A stretch of 64,000 nucleotides of DNA, taken from an uncultured Spirochaetota bacterium (GTDB lineage Bacteria > Spirochaetota > UBA4802 > UBA5550). The stretch covers positions 256,001 to 320,000 of the forward strand of contig CAWHAA010000007.1 in the NCBI GenBank assembly GCA_963827275.1. The letters run 5' to 3'. Both the position numbers and the translations under genes were made by a program. Shown in pieces: positions 33,897 through 43,922 of the stretch (positions within the stretch are counted from its first letter, which is position 1; the number at the start of each line of letters is the position of its first letter). The notes beneath the pieces were generated by a model that saw only the letters and a program-made list of their open reading frames with translations, did no database searches and was not told the origin of the DNA.

Positions 33897-35147
33897 ATGA
33901 AAAGAATTTTTATAGCCATTGTCATTATTTTGACCACCATGGCGCTCTATGCGGATGAAATCCACCTGGTGGACGGCACGATCCTCAAGGGGGCCATCAT
34001 CCAGATAACCGGCAGCGTTGTTGAATACGACCCGGAGGGACCGGCCGCCTTTGATACCGTGCCGCGCGAACAGGTTTCAAAGATCAAATATGACAGCGGC
34101 AAAGTACAGCGGATGCAGGTGGATACCATATACCTGTCAGGCGGGGAGACGATCAGGTGCTCCATCGTCAGGGTGACGAAGGACGCGGTCGTCTACACGC
34201 AGGAAGATGCCGTCACGGAGAAAACGATAGGACGGGACAGGATCGCCAGGATGGAGTTCGGCGACGGAAAGGTTATTGACCTGCCTGCCCCGGACCTGGC
34301 GGCGAGTGACGATGGCGTGGTGAAGAAGCAGACGGGCGGCTACCTTGATTCAATATTCAGAATTTCGGTCTTCGGCGGCGGGGGAGGGCTCCAGGGCGGA
34401 ATGCTCGACAAGGAGCGGCGTGTCTTCAGGGCCTATGAGCCGGACCTCATACTCGCGGATATTTTTCCCGATGAGCATTATCAGTTCACGACGTTCGGGA
34501 CCGGGGGCGTTGAAATTGAATTCATGGCGCCAGCGATAAAGTTTGCGCAGAAACGGGGGTTCGATTTAACCGGCATCAAGTTCGGTCTCCGCGGGCGCTA
34601 CGGGTATGAACGCATCACCTCCCGCATCACGAGCAGCGAGTACGGCTGGGGCCGCGGGTACAGGGAGCTTCTCGGCACGCTGATGGACTACCACTACTGG
34701 ACCGCCGGCCCCGGGATGGGCCTGGTGTTTACGCCGCGGAGCAATGCGTTCTCGTTCATCCTGAACTTTTACGGGACCGCGGGCCAGGTGTTCGGCGGCA
34801 ACCTGAATCCCCTGACGGCGCTCCGCGATTCAAAATTGCTCTGGGGGCGCCTGGCCGGCGTATGGCCCGACCCGTGGAACCTTGTTCCCGCTCCCCTGAT
34901 GGGATGGGCCAATCTGTTTACCATGCCGGGCTTGAACAGGACCGGCATCCGCGGGTACACGATACGGGCCGGCTTCGGACCTGAGTTCGCGCTTAACCGG
35001 CATTTTCCGATCATCATAGGCACGCACCTGACCTATGCGTATACCGCCCTCACCATGGGGCGGGCGCCGGTCATGTACGCCGATGGGAACAGAAAGGCCG
35101 CGCACCACGAAGTGGGCGCAGAGATTTCCGTCGGCCTGCATTTTTAG
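33897..35147 (+). CDS. Putative outer-membrane beta-barrel protein with two small N-terminal beta domains
   Basis: Signal peptide; DEIHLVDGTILKG and DTIYLSGGETIR; ends ISVGLHF. Confidence 0.7.
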   Translation: MKRIFIAIVIILTTMALYADEIHLVDGTILKGAIIQITGSVVEYDPEGPAAFDTVPREQVSKIKYDSGKVQRMQVDTIYLSGGETIRCSIVRVTKDAVVYTQEDAVTEKTIGRDRIARMEFGDGKVIDLPAPDLAASDDGVVKKQTGGYLDSIFRISVFGGGGGLQGGMLDKERRVFRAYEPDLILADIFPDEHYQFTTFGTGGVEIEFMAPAIKFAQKRGFDLTGIKFGLRGRYGYERITSRITSSEYGWGRGYRELLGTLMDYHYWTAGPGMGLVFTPRSNAFSFILNFYGTAGQVFGGNLNPLTALRDSKLLWGRLAGVWPDPWNLVPAPLMGWANLFTMPGLNRTGIRGYTIRAGFGPEFALNRHFPIIIGTHLTYAYTALTMGRAPVMYADGNRKAAHHEVGAEISVGLHF

Positions 35148-35183
35148 CGCCGGTTTTTTACCTGCGCGCACGCCTATAATTTC

Positions 35184-35212
35184 TTGACACGTAACAGGCC
35201 CTTTTATAAGGT
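35184..35212 (+). promoter_or_regulatory. Candidate sigma70 promoter of the polyamine operon
   Basis: TTGACA-17 nt-TAAGGT. Confidence 0.45.
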
Positions 35213-35349
35213 TAAAGCCTGTCGAAACGGGACTGTCTGAAGCCCTTTGCCGCGCCTGCGTGTCCCTTTCAGGGGAATAATGGCGCGAGCACGATGGTCC
35301 GTCACTGAGTCTGTTACAATAATCATATACCATTCCAGGATGTGCGATC

Positions 35350-36535
35350 ATGAAACACGAGAACCCGAATTGCCCGGGAAAGCAGAAATATCTTTCCGGG
35401 AAAAGGATACTGCCCGCGCCGATAACAAAGGACACCGATATCGTGCAGCTGATCGACAACCTCGACGCCTACAACGGCGGCCGCCTCCGCGCCGCGTGCC
35501 AGCTGCTGCGCGACCGCTATTCAAAAGACGATGTCACCGTGGGCCTGAGCCTCGCCGGCGCGCTGACGCCCGCCGGGCTTGGCCCCTCCACGGTGATCCC
35601 GCTGATGAACCACGGCTTTGTCGACTGGATCACCGCCACCGGGGCGAACATGTATCATGACATGCACTACGCGCTTAATCTGCCGATGTTCAGGGGCAGC
35701 CACACGGTCGATGACGCAGATCTAAGGGACAAGGGCGTGACCAGGATCTACGACATCCTGTTCGACTATGAGGACGTCCTCATGGAAACGGACCGTGTTC
35801 TCAGGAGGATACTGCTGCGGCCGGAGTTCCAGAAGGAGATGGGGACCCGCGAATTTTACCACCATCTCGGGAAGGTCCTGGATGAATACGAGAAGAAGAA
35901 CGGCCTGGGCCAGGTGAGCATTCTGGCCGCGGCATACCGGAACGGCATACCCGTCTTCACCTCCTCGCCGGGGGACTCGACCCATCGGGATGAACGTGGC
36001 GGGGCTCGAGCTGCTGGCCGAGGCGGCGGGGTTGACGCATCTTTTTAAACTGAAGATCAATCCCAGCATCGATGTCAATGATTCCACCGCCATCATACTG
36101 AACGCGAAGCGGTACGAAAAGGGGAAGACCGCGGTGATACTCATCGGCGGCGGCAGCCCGAAGAACTTCATGCTCCAGACCGAGCCGCAGATCCAGGAGG
36201 TGCTCATGATCCCGGAGGTGGGGCAGGACTACGACATCAACATCACCGACGCCAGGCCCGATACCGGCGGTCTGTCCGGGGCGCCCCCCAGCGAGGCGGC
36301 AAGCTGGGGCAAGATCGATCCCACGAAGCTCGACGAGACCGTGACCGCGTACCTCGACGTGACGCTCGCCTTTCCCCTGCTGATGGCGTATGCCCTGAAG
36401 ACCACCAGCCCCAAAAAGCTGAAGCGGCTCTACGACCGGGGCGAGGAGCTGCACAGGAAGCTGATCGAGTCGTACCTGGAGAACAACAAGGAAGTCGATG
36501 AGCTGAAAAAGCTCATGGGAAAATTGCAGGCATAA
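35350..36535 (+). CDS. speY: Deoxyhypusine-synthase-like homospermidine biosynthesis protein (~394 aa); +1 frameshift at ~35981
   Basis: STGAN-like [37 protein letters not shown]. Removing one C at 35981-35983 restores SSPGDSTIGMNVA. Confidence 0.87.
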
Positions 36536-36553
36536 CGGCTGACGGCGGCGATA

Positions 36554-37684
36554 ATGAAAAAGAAGCTTTTAGAGATGGCCGAAAAATACGGCACGCCACT
36601 TTTTATCCTCGACCATGCCAGGATACGGGCGAACTACCGCATGTTCAAAAAGAACCTTCCGCGGGTCCAGTGCTACTACGCGGTCAAGGCGAACTCGAAC
36701 CCGGAAATAATCAAGACCCTCTTTGACGAGGGGTCGAGCTTCGATGTCGCGTCGTACAACGAGTTCATGCAGGTCCATGAATACATCAAGCATTTCGATA
36801 AGCATGAGAAAGAGTATTATATCTGGGACAAGATCATCTTTTCGAACACGATCAAGGACCGGGAGACGCTCCGGAAGATCAAGCGCTACCGTCCCCTGGT
36901 CACCTATGACAACATCGACGAGGTGAAGAAGATAAAGCAGTACTGCAATACCGCCGGGCTCGTATTGCGGCTCAAGGTGCCGGACATAGGGTCGCAGGTT
37001 GAGATGAGCTCGAAGTTCGGTGCCGAGCCGGCGGAGGCGTATGACCTGATCCGCCAGGCGGCTGAAATGGGACTCTCGGTGGAGGGGATCAGCTTCCACG
37101 TCGGGAGCCAGTGCACCAATTTCGACAATTACACCGCCGCCCTGGAGATAACCTCCGAGATATTCAATGACGCCCGCAAAAAGGGGCACGAGCTGTACCT
37201 CATAGACATAGGGGGAGGGTTCCCCGTGCCGTACGATGCGCAGGTCCCGCGCTTTGAAAAGCTCGCAGGGGTGCTGAACGCAGAATTCAAGCGCCTCTTC
37301 CCGGACGATATCGAAATTCTCGCAGAGCCGGGCAGGTTCATGGTGGCCACCGCCGCGACGCTCGTGACCGAGATTATCGGGAAAGCGCGCAGGGACGGAA
37401 AGCTGTTCTATCATATCAATGACGGGGTATACCACACCTTTTCAGGCGTGGTGTACGACCACTGGATCCCCAATTTCAAGCCGTTCCGGCAGGGGAAGCG
37501 CGAAGTGTGCGCCGTGGTCGGTCCAACCTGCGACAGTTTCGACAAGGTCTCGCTGTCCGTCCACCTGCCGCGCAATCTTGAGATCGGGGACTGCCTCTAC
37601 ACGGAAAACATCGGCGCCTACAGCACCGCTTCCACCACCAGGTTCAATGGCTTTGAGGGCGCAAAAATAAAGCATATCTACTGA
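36554..37684 (+). CDS. Fold-type III PLP-dependent basic amino-acid decarboxylase (probably ornithine/lysine)
   Basis: YAVKAN, KFG, SFHVGSQ, DIGGG, EPGR, GPTCDS, GAY. Confidence 0.9.
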   Translation: MKKKLLEMAEKYGTPLFILDHARIRANYRMFKKNLPRVQCYYAVKANSNPEIIKTLFDEGSSFDVASYNEFMQVHEYIKHFDKHEKEYYIWDKIIFSNTIKDRETLRKIKRYRPLVTYDNIDEVKKIKQYCNTAGLVLRLKVPDIGSQVEMSSKFGAEPAEAYDLIRQAAEMGLSVEGISFHVGSQCTNFDNYTAALEITSEIFNDARKKGHELYLIDIGGGFPVPYDAQVPRFEKLAGVLNAEFKRLFPDDIEILAEPGRFMVATAATLVTEIIGKARRDGKLFYHINDGVYHTFSGVVYDHWIPNFKPFRQGKREVCAVVGPTCDSFDKVSLSVHLPRNLEIGDCLYTENIGAYSTASTTRFNGFEGAKIKHIY

Positions 37685-37821
37685 TACAGTCGTTACTATC
37701 AATTTAAAAAATTCTTTTTGAAAAATTCTTATGAGACATAATATTTTTATTGACAAAAAAATATCAATATGGGCAAAATATAAGGTTGTCGAATATATAA
37801 AGAGACAATTGGAGGGGGCCA

Positions 37822-38196
37822 ATGAACATACGCGCAAAGAGCATTGGAAACATCACGGTTGTTTACTTGATCGGTCGGCTCGATATATTTGAGTCCGAGT
37901 CCGCGGAGATGGACCTGTTCGACATTGTGGAAGAAAATCCGGAAAACCACATGGTGATCGTCCTTGAAAAGCTTGATTACCTGAGCAGTTCGGGATTGCG
38001 GATATTCATCTCGCTCAAGCGCTTCCTTGAAAACAGGGGGAGGCGTTTGATCCTCTGCAACGACAGAAACAATGCGGTGAATATATTTTTCAAGATCGTC
38101 AATATCGGACAGATGTTCGATATTTTCAGGTCGGAGGACGAGGCGGCACGGTATATTGCCGCCGGGAAAAAGACGAAAGCGGGCCGCGTGGCCTGA
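37822..38196 (+). CDS. STAS-domain anti-sigma-factor antagonist
   Basis: GRLD..LDYLSSSGLR; GGAGG RBS; TTGACA at 37750. Confidence 0.88.
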   Translation: MNIRAKSIGNITVVYLIGRLDIFESESAEMDLFDIVEENPENHMVIVLEKLDYLSSSGLRIFISLKRFLENRGRRLILCNDRNNAVNIFFKIVNIGQMFDIFRSEDEAARYIAAGKKTKAGRVA

Positions 38197-38276
38197 TGCG
38201 TCCTTCCTGTTAACGCGCAACTGCCGCGCTACCGCTGCCGGCGGCCCCGGCAGGCGGAAATCAATGGGTCCTGCCA

Positions 38277-38843
38277 ATGGAATATGCAGAGCTGCTGAAA
38301 AAACGTCGTTCCGTTCGCCTCTATGAAGACCGGCCGGTTACCGCCGGTCTTCTCCGTGAAATAATACGGGAAAGCACCCTGGCCCCGAGCTCGGGAAACA
38401 ACCAGCCGTGGCGCCTCGTTATCGTTGTCAACAGGGACATGATGCGGCGGATCTCTGATGAAAGCAAGAAGAACCTTGTCGCCAGGATCGAGGCCAACCC
38501 GGGTGATTACATCGTCCGCTACGAAACGGCGCTGAGAAACAGGGAGTACAATGTCTTCTACAACGCGCCGGCGCTTGTGATAGTCGCCGGACCGCGCGGG
38601 TACCGGAACCTTCTGGTCGATTGCGCGCTCTTTGCCGGGTACCTGATGAACGCCGCCGCGGCCCGCGGCCTGGGGTCGTGCTGGGTGAACCTGGGTTCCG
38701 ACGTGCGGGACCCGGGCCTCCGGAGCGAACTGGGGCTCGGTGAAGAGGACCAGATCGTTGCGCCGGTCATAATCGGTTATCCCGCGCAGGTCCCGACGGC
38801 GCCGGACCGGAAAGAGCCGGTCATCCTTTCAACCATCGAGTAA
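38277..38843 (+). CDS. Nitroreductase family protein
   Basis: RRSVR, APSSGNNQPW, GLGSCW, IGYP. Confidence 0.9.
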   Translation: MEYAELLKKRRSVRLYEDRPVTAGLLREIIRESTLAPSSGNNQPWRLVIVVNRDMMRRISDESKKNLVARIEANPGDYIVRYETALRNREYNVFYNAPALVIVAGPRGYRNLLVDCALFAGYLMNAAAARGLGSCWVNLGSDVRDPGLRSELGLGEEDQIVAPVIIGYPAQVPTAPDRKEPVILSTIE

Positions 38844-40201
38844 TGATACAGGACCAGCGCATACAATTCCTCAACAGCAAAGGGGCCCGTCCCGGGTCCT
38901 ATGTCCTTTACTGGATGCAGCAGTCGCAGAGGGCCGAGTGCAACCACGCGCTGGAGTATGCCATCGTGCGTGGCAACGAGCTCGGCCTCCCGGTCATCGT
39001 CTTCTTCGGCCTGACCGGCTCCTTTCCGGAGGCGAACGCGCGCCATTATGCGTTCATGCTGGAGGGCCTGCGCCGGGTGAAAAAGGACCTGGAGCGGCGC
39101 GGCATTCTCTTCGTCACGCGGATTGTTTCTCCGGAAAAGGGAGCGGTCGAGCTGGGGAAGGGCGCGGCGCTCGCGGTGACCGACAGGGGCTATCTCCGCG
39201 TGCAGAAAGAATGGCGCGCGGCCGCGGCCGAGCGGATCGCCTGCGGACTCGTGCAGGTGGAATCGGACGTGGTGGTGCCGGTGGACACCGCTTCCATGAA
39301 AGAGGAATACAGCGCCGGAACGTTCCGGCCGAAGATAACGCGCCTCCTGTACGGGTACCTGGCCCCGCTGAAAAAGCGCCGGTGCGGCCGCGCCTCCCTC
39401 GGCATGGACATCCCTTCCGACAGCATCGACGATACGGCCGCACTGCTCCGCACGCTCCGCGTTGACGACACGGTGCCGCCGGTCGTCAACCTCAGGGGCG
39501 GCACCGCTGCGGCGAAGCGGCTCCTGTCCGGCTTTATCGACCGGAAGCTTGCTTCGTTCGGGGAGTCCAGGAACGATCCGGGCGAAGACACCCTCTCCCG
39601 CATGAGCCCCTATCTCCACTTCGGCCAGATATCGCCGCTCCAGATCGCCCTTGACGTGATCGACTCCGGGTCGCCGGGAAAGGACCGGTACCTGGAGGAG
39701 CTTATCGTGCGCCGCGAGCTGGCAATGAATTTCGTGCACCACAACCCCGTTTATGACCGCTATGCCTGCCTTCCCGAATGGGCGAAGAAAACCCTTGCCG
39801 CCCACGCGCGCGACCGGCGTGAATACGTCTATTCGCGCGACGAGCTGGAGCGCGCGGCCACGCACGACCGGTACTGGAACGCCGCCCAGGCGGAGATGGT
39901 CCGCGACGGGAAGATGCACGGGTACATGAGGATGTACTGGGGGAAAAAGATCTTAGAGTGGACACGGGACCCGGAAGAGGCCTACCGCATCGCCCTCTAT
40001 CTCAACAACAGGTACAGCGTCGATGGGCGGGACCCGAACGGCTATGCGGGCGTCGCCTGGTGCTTCGGCAAGCATGACCGCGCCTGGCCGGAGCGTAAGT
40101 TTTTCGGCAAGGTGCGGTACATGAACGACAGGGGACTTGAGAGGAAATTCGACATGGACGCCTACTGCGCCCGCGTGGGACCCGCCCCGGTCCGCCCGTA
40201 A
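38843..40201 (+). CDS. phrB: Class II CPD DNA photolyase
   Basis: YWM..QR..N.AL.YA, SPYLHFGQ, EELIVRRELA.NF, HGYMRMYWGKKILEW, DGRDPNGY. Confidence 0.93.
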   Translation: MIQDQRIQFLNSKGARPGSYVLYWMQQSQRAECNHALEYAIVRGNELGLPVIVFFGLTGSFPEANARHYAFMLEGLRRVKKDLERRGILFVTRIVSPEKGAVELGKGAALAVTDRGYLRVQKEWRAAAAERIACGLVQVESDVVVPVDTASMKEEYSAGTFRPKITRLLYGYLAPLKKRRCGRASLGMDIPSDSIDDTAALLRTLRVDDTVPPVVNLRGGTAAAKRLLSGFIDRKLASFGESRNDPGEDTLSRMSPYLHFGQISPLQIALDVIDSGSPGKDRYLEELIVRRELAMNFVHHNPVYDRYACLPEWAKKTLAAHARDRREYVYSRDELERAATHDRYWNAAQAEMVRDGKMHGYMRMYWGKKILEWTRDPEEAYRIALYLNNRYSVDGRDPNGYAGVAWCFGKHDRAWPERKFFGKVRYMNDRGLERKFDMDAYCARVGPAPVRP

Positions 40202-40236
40202 GTTGTGCTGCCGGCCGGCCGGGCTGGGGCGATGGC

Positions 40237-40659
40237 TTACTCCCCGTCCGCGTCCCTGCGGCGCGAGATCTTCCGCAGGCCGTGGATCTTTTTTTCTTTC
40301 AGGCGCTTCTCCTTCTGTGACCTGCTCACCTTCGTCGGCACCCGTTTCCTGGGCACCACAAGCGCCTTCGCCAGCAGCGCGGCAAACTTGGCGATGACGC
40401 GCTCGCGGTTGGCGGCCTGTGAACGCCCGGTCTCGTCGTGTATAACGAGGGTCCCCTGGCGGTTGATGATGTTCTTCAGGCGCTCCCTGATCCGGTCTTT
40501 CTGCGCCCCTGACAGGAACGCCGTGGCGGTCACGCTGAACCGCAGGGTCACCTTGGTCGCGACCTTGTTCACGTTCTGTCCGCCGGGCCCCGAGGAGCGC
40601 GAGGCGGTAATGGTCACCTCGTCCTCGGGGATGGAGAGCGCGCTGTTGATCTTTATCAT
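40237..40659 (-). CDS. arfB: Alternative ribosome rescue factor ArfB (YaeJ)
   Basis: RSSGPGGQNVNKV, RSQ..NRE, basic C-terminal tail. Confidence 0.94.
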   Translation of the reverse strand: MIKINSALSIPEDEVTITASRSSGPGGQNVNKVATKVTLRFSVTATAFLSGAQKDRIRERLKNIINRQGTLVIHDETGRSQAANRERVIAKFAALLAKALVVPRKRVPTKVSRSQKEKRLKEKKIHGLRKISRRRDADGE

Positions 40660-40682
40660 ACCGGCAGAATCAGGTCACATTT

Positions 40683-41339
40683 TCAATAGGTATCATTAAC
40701 GCGGAACATGATGCCCGCCTTGCCGTCCAGGCCGAAGGCATGGCCCATGTCCTTCGAATCGTTGATATTGTAATTTCCCACATAACCGATCCCCAGGTCC
40801 AGGAAGAGCGTGACATACTGGCCGATATTGAAATTGAGGCCCAGGGCAAGCATGATATCCAGGCCCAGTATATCGAAGTCGATCTTGGTCTTGCGCGGCA
40901 GCAGGGTAAAGTATCCGAGGCCGACATCAAGGTCCCATGTCGTGAATGTTTTGTTCAGAAACAGGTAATGGAGGCCGATCCGCGGTCCGATCCAGAAGCG
41001 TACCGCCTGCGAACGCGCGATGCCGAAGCCGAAGGTGTGCGTCATGCCTACCCTGTGAATCGGGTCCGAGGTGTAATTCGAATCCGGGTCAGATACGACG
41101 TACTGCTCGTATCCCGCAGTGAAGCGGTAGTTGAAGAGCGTGTTCCGCGCCGCATTTGAATCAACGATCAGTCCGCCGCCGTAGAAGTAGTCGGTCGAGT
41201 TCCCGACTTTTTGTCCATCATAATACCAGGTTGAAAATGCCGCACCGCCCGTGCCGTACGCGCCGATGCCGGCCGCCCATGCGGATGTCACAGGGAAAAT
41301 GACTGCGAACAGGAAACAGATAGCAGATTTTTTGATCAT
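40683..41339 (-). CDS. Small outer-membrane beta-barrel protein
   Basis: Signal peptide MIKKSAICFLFAV..AWA after a GGAGGG RBS; alternating amphipathic strands. Confidence 0.65.
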   Translation of the reverse strand: MIKKSAICFLFAVIFPVTSAWAAGIGAYGTGGAAFSTWYYDGQKVGNSTDYFYGGGLIVDSNAARNTLFNYRFTAGYEQYVVSDPDSNYTSDPIHRVGMTHTFGFGIARSQAVRFWIGPRIGLHYLFLNKTFTTWDLDVGLGYFTLLPRKTKIDFDILGLDIMLALGLNFNIGQYVTLFLDLGIGYVGNYNINDSKDMGHAFGLDGKAGIMFRVNDTY

Positions 41340-41611
41340 AATTGTTCTACCCCTCCACTTGTGTTGATGAAAAAATGATTTTTTACAATTACCGCTATTA
41401 CACCCGGGAAAAGAATAGTGCAATCTATTTATCAAGGGTGCTTTTATAGTATGTCTGTCATATCTTATAAAATAAACAAAAAAATCAAGCACAATGGGAA
41501 TTTTATCCGGCGCGGTTATGCCCCGTATCAGGGGTAAAATTGCCCGGAAATGGCATTTAGGCTTGACAGGGACATCTGAATCGCATAACAATTACATGGG
41601 TATTCCATGTC

Positions 41612-43363
41612 ATGTCGAAAAAAAAGGATACATCACGTCTGACTGAATTCGGGCTTGTCAGAAAGATCGGCGCAATTGACAACCCGATACTCCGTCATTT
41701 CATAAAAAAACACGGCCTGGATGACCAGGACTCCCTTCTGCTCGGGGTCATACTGGACCTGACGGACCAGATGAAGACTCCCATCAAGACGACGTACCGC
41801 GCCCTGGCCGATACGGCAGGTCTTACGCCGATGCAGGTGTACCGCGGGATCGGCTCGCTGCACCGCCACCGCATCATCGAGTACAAGCCCACGGGCGATT
41901 ACGTGCATGTCTCTTTCCACGAGATCGACGAGTCGATCGAGGAGATCACACTCGCACACGCAAACGCGCGGAAGATAAAGAAGATCGAGGACTACCTGTC
42001 GTTTGTCAAAGCGCAGAACTACGTGCCGTCCGCCGAGCTGTTCGACCTGATATATCCCGTAGTCGGCAGGCTGATCGCGGCAAAAATAGCGGAAGCGTTC
42101 CGCGCCATGGTCAACTACGTCAATGACCGGCTTGAATCATCGTTGAGCCTGGCCATGTGGCGCTACCGCTTCAAGAGCGTCCGCAGCGGTGTGCCGCTGG
42201 CCGAGATCATCATGCGGGAATCACTTCCATACTTTATCGACGAGATATTCCTTATCACGAAAAAATCGTCTATCCTTGTCGGCCACGCGTCGAGGACTGA
42301 AGAAAAGTCCGTGGACAGGGACCTTGTCGCCGGCATGCTGTCGGCGATAAATGATTTTCTGAAGACCTCATTTAAAAACGGCGCGTCAGGCGCGAACGAG
42401 ATACAGTTCGGCGATTACCGCATCATGATATACGAAAGCGCGCATTTTTACGCGGCGGTGGTGGCATACGGCTCCCCGTCGCTGGACCTTGTCGGCGCGG
42501 TGAACAATGTCATGGACGAAATTCACGTGAAGTACCGCGCCGTGCTGAAGAATTTCGACGGCGACATGTCAAAGGTCGATGGTATAGACCAGCCTCTCCG
42601 CCACCTGATAGCGGAGGCCAACAGGGCCGCAACACCGCAGGGCGGCGGTTCGTTGATCAAGGTGAAGGTCGCGGGCGCCCTTGTCGCGGCGGTCTGTATT
42701 GCCGGTTCGGCCTGGTGGACCTATGCTTCAATCAGGGACTGGCGGCTTGAAAAGAGAATTAACGACCGCATTGAACAGAACATGCCTCCTTTCTCGCATG
42801 ATGCCGAGGTTTCCGTCAGCGGCGGCACCGCCGTCATACGGGGCTTCGTGAGCTCGCGTCAGGCCGGTGAGGCGCTGGCGAAAGAGGCCGGGGCGTTTGA
42901 AGAGATCAGCGTGGTGCGCAACCGGACCATCGCTGCCGATTACCGGTCGGTGGAGACCTATTCGAAAGACCTTGACGGGCTCCGCGCGGGGCTTGAATCT
43001 TTCAGGCTCATCGCGGTGCGGCAGGACCTGGAAAAAATCATTGTCCAGTTCCCCGCCGGAGCAACCGCAATGGGGAACCCCCAGGCGCTGCAGGTGAAGC
43101 GGGCCGTTGAAATATTGAAGCACTATCCGCTGGTGCATGTGGACATAGTCGCCTTTAACGACCCCGACGGCGGGTACGAGCTGAACCGGGGCCTGGCGGA
43201 AAAGCGCATGAAGGCGGTGCGCGACTCGCTGGCGTCGATGGGTATTGCCCCCGGGAGGCTTCACCTTCTTGATTTTGATCCGGACATCCTCTCGTCCGAC
43301 TCCCGGTTTGCTGAGTACCGGGACCGCAGGGGTATAATGCTGTTCGCCAGGTATGCTGAATAA
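41612..43363 (+). CDS. Membrane protein: winged-HTH-like N domain, longin/roadblock-like domain, TM, BON, OmpA-like peptidoglycan-binding domain
   Basis: TYRALADTAGLTPMQVYRGIGSL (HTH); IFLI..S.IL..DLVAGMLSAINDF..EIQFGDYRI; one TM; AVIRGFV..VVRN (BON); ND..G..N..LAEKR..AVRD.L..GI..RL (OmpA). Confidence 0.72.
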   Translation: MSKKKDTSRLTEFGLVRKIGAIDNPILRHFIKKHGLDDQDSLLLGVILDLTDQMKTPIKTTYRALADTAGLTPMQVYRGIGSLHRHRIIEYKPTGDYVHVSFHEIDESIEEITLAHANARKIKKIEDYLSFVKAQNYVPSAELFDLIYPVVGRLIAAKIAEAFRAMVNYVNDRLESSLSLAMWRYRFKSVRSGVPLAEIIMRESLPYFIDEIFLITKKSSILVGHASRTEEKSVDRDLVAGMLSAINDFLKTSFKNGASGANEIQFGDYRIMIYESAHFYAAVVAYGSPSLDLVGAVNNVMDEIHVKYRAVLKNFDGDMSKVDGIDQPLRHLIAEANRAATPQGGGSLIKVKVAGALVAAVCIAGSAWWTYASIRDWRLEKRINDRIEQNMPPFSHDAEVSVSGGTAVIRGFVSSRQAGEALAKEAGAFEEISVVRNRTIAADYRSVETYSKDLDGLRAGLESFRLIAVRQDLEKIIVQFPAGATAMGNPQALQVKRAVEILKHYPLVHVDIVAFNDPDGGYELNRGLAEKRMKAVRDSLASMGIAPGRLHLLDFDPDILSSDSRFAEYRDRRGIMLFARYAE

Positions 43364-43391
43364 AAAGGAAAGCGGGGTTCAAGGAATGAGC

Positions 43392-43922
43392 ATGGGCGCA
43401 TACAAATACAAAATTGTCATGCTGGGCGAGTTTGCCGTGGGAAAGACGAGCCTCGTCAAGCGGTTTGTCCATAACGTGTTCGACGATCTCTATCTCACGA
43501 CCATCGGCGTCCGGGTCATGAAAAAGGACGTGGTTATCAGCGGTCCGCCGGATGCGCGGGTTACCCTTCTCCTCTGGGACATCGGCGGGCTCCAGGATTT
43601 TGAAACGCTTATGCCGCAGTACCTGCAGGGAGCGAGCGGGGCCATCATAGTCGCCGACCTCACGCGGGTCAAGACGATCACGCTGCTCGAGTGGTATGCC
43701 GAGCAATTCAGGAGGACAAATCCGGACAGCGCCATCGCTGTCGCCTTTAACAAGGATGACATGTTCCATTACGAGAAGGCGTCAGCGGAGGTGAAAGGCC
43801 TTGTCGAATCCTGCGGGCAACAGTACGGCGATGCCGTGTTTCGTACGAGCGCCAAGACCGGGTTGAATGTGGAGAAGTTGTTCGGCTGGCTGGCCGGGGT
43901 CATCCGCGGCGGCCGATCATGA
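43392..43922 (+). CDS. Rab-like Ras-superfamily small GTPase (Rup type)
   Basis: G1 GEFAVGKTS, G2 YLTTIG, G3 WDIGG, G4 NKDD, G5 TSAKTG; AAGGA RBS before ATG 43392. Confidence 0.93.
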   Translation: MGAYKYKIVMLGEFAVGKTSLVKRFVHNVFDDLYLTTIGVRVMKKDVVISGPPDARVTLLLWDIGGLQDFETLMPQYLQGASGAIIVADLTRVKTITLLEWYAEQFRRTNPDSAIAVAFNKDDMFHYEKASAEVKGLVESCGQQYGDAVFRTSAKTGLNVEKLFGWLAGVIRGGRS

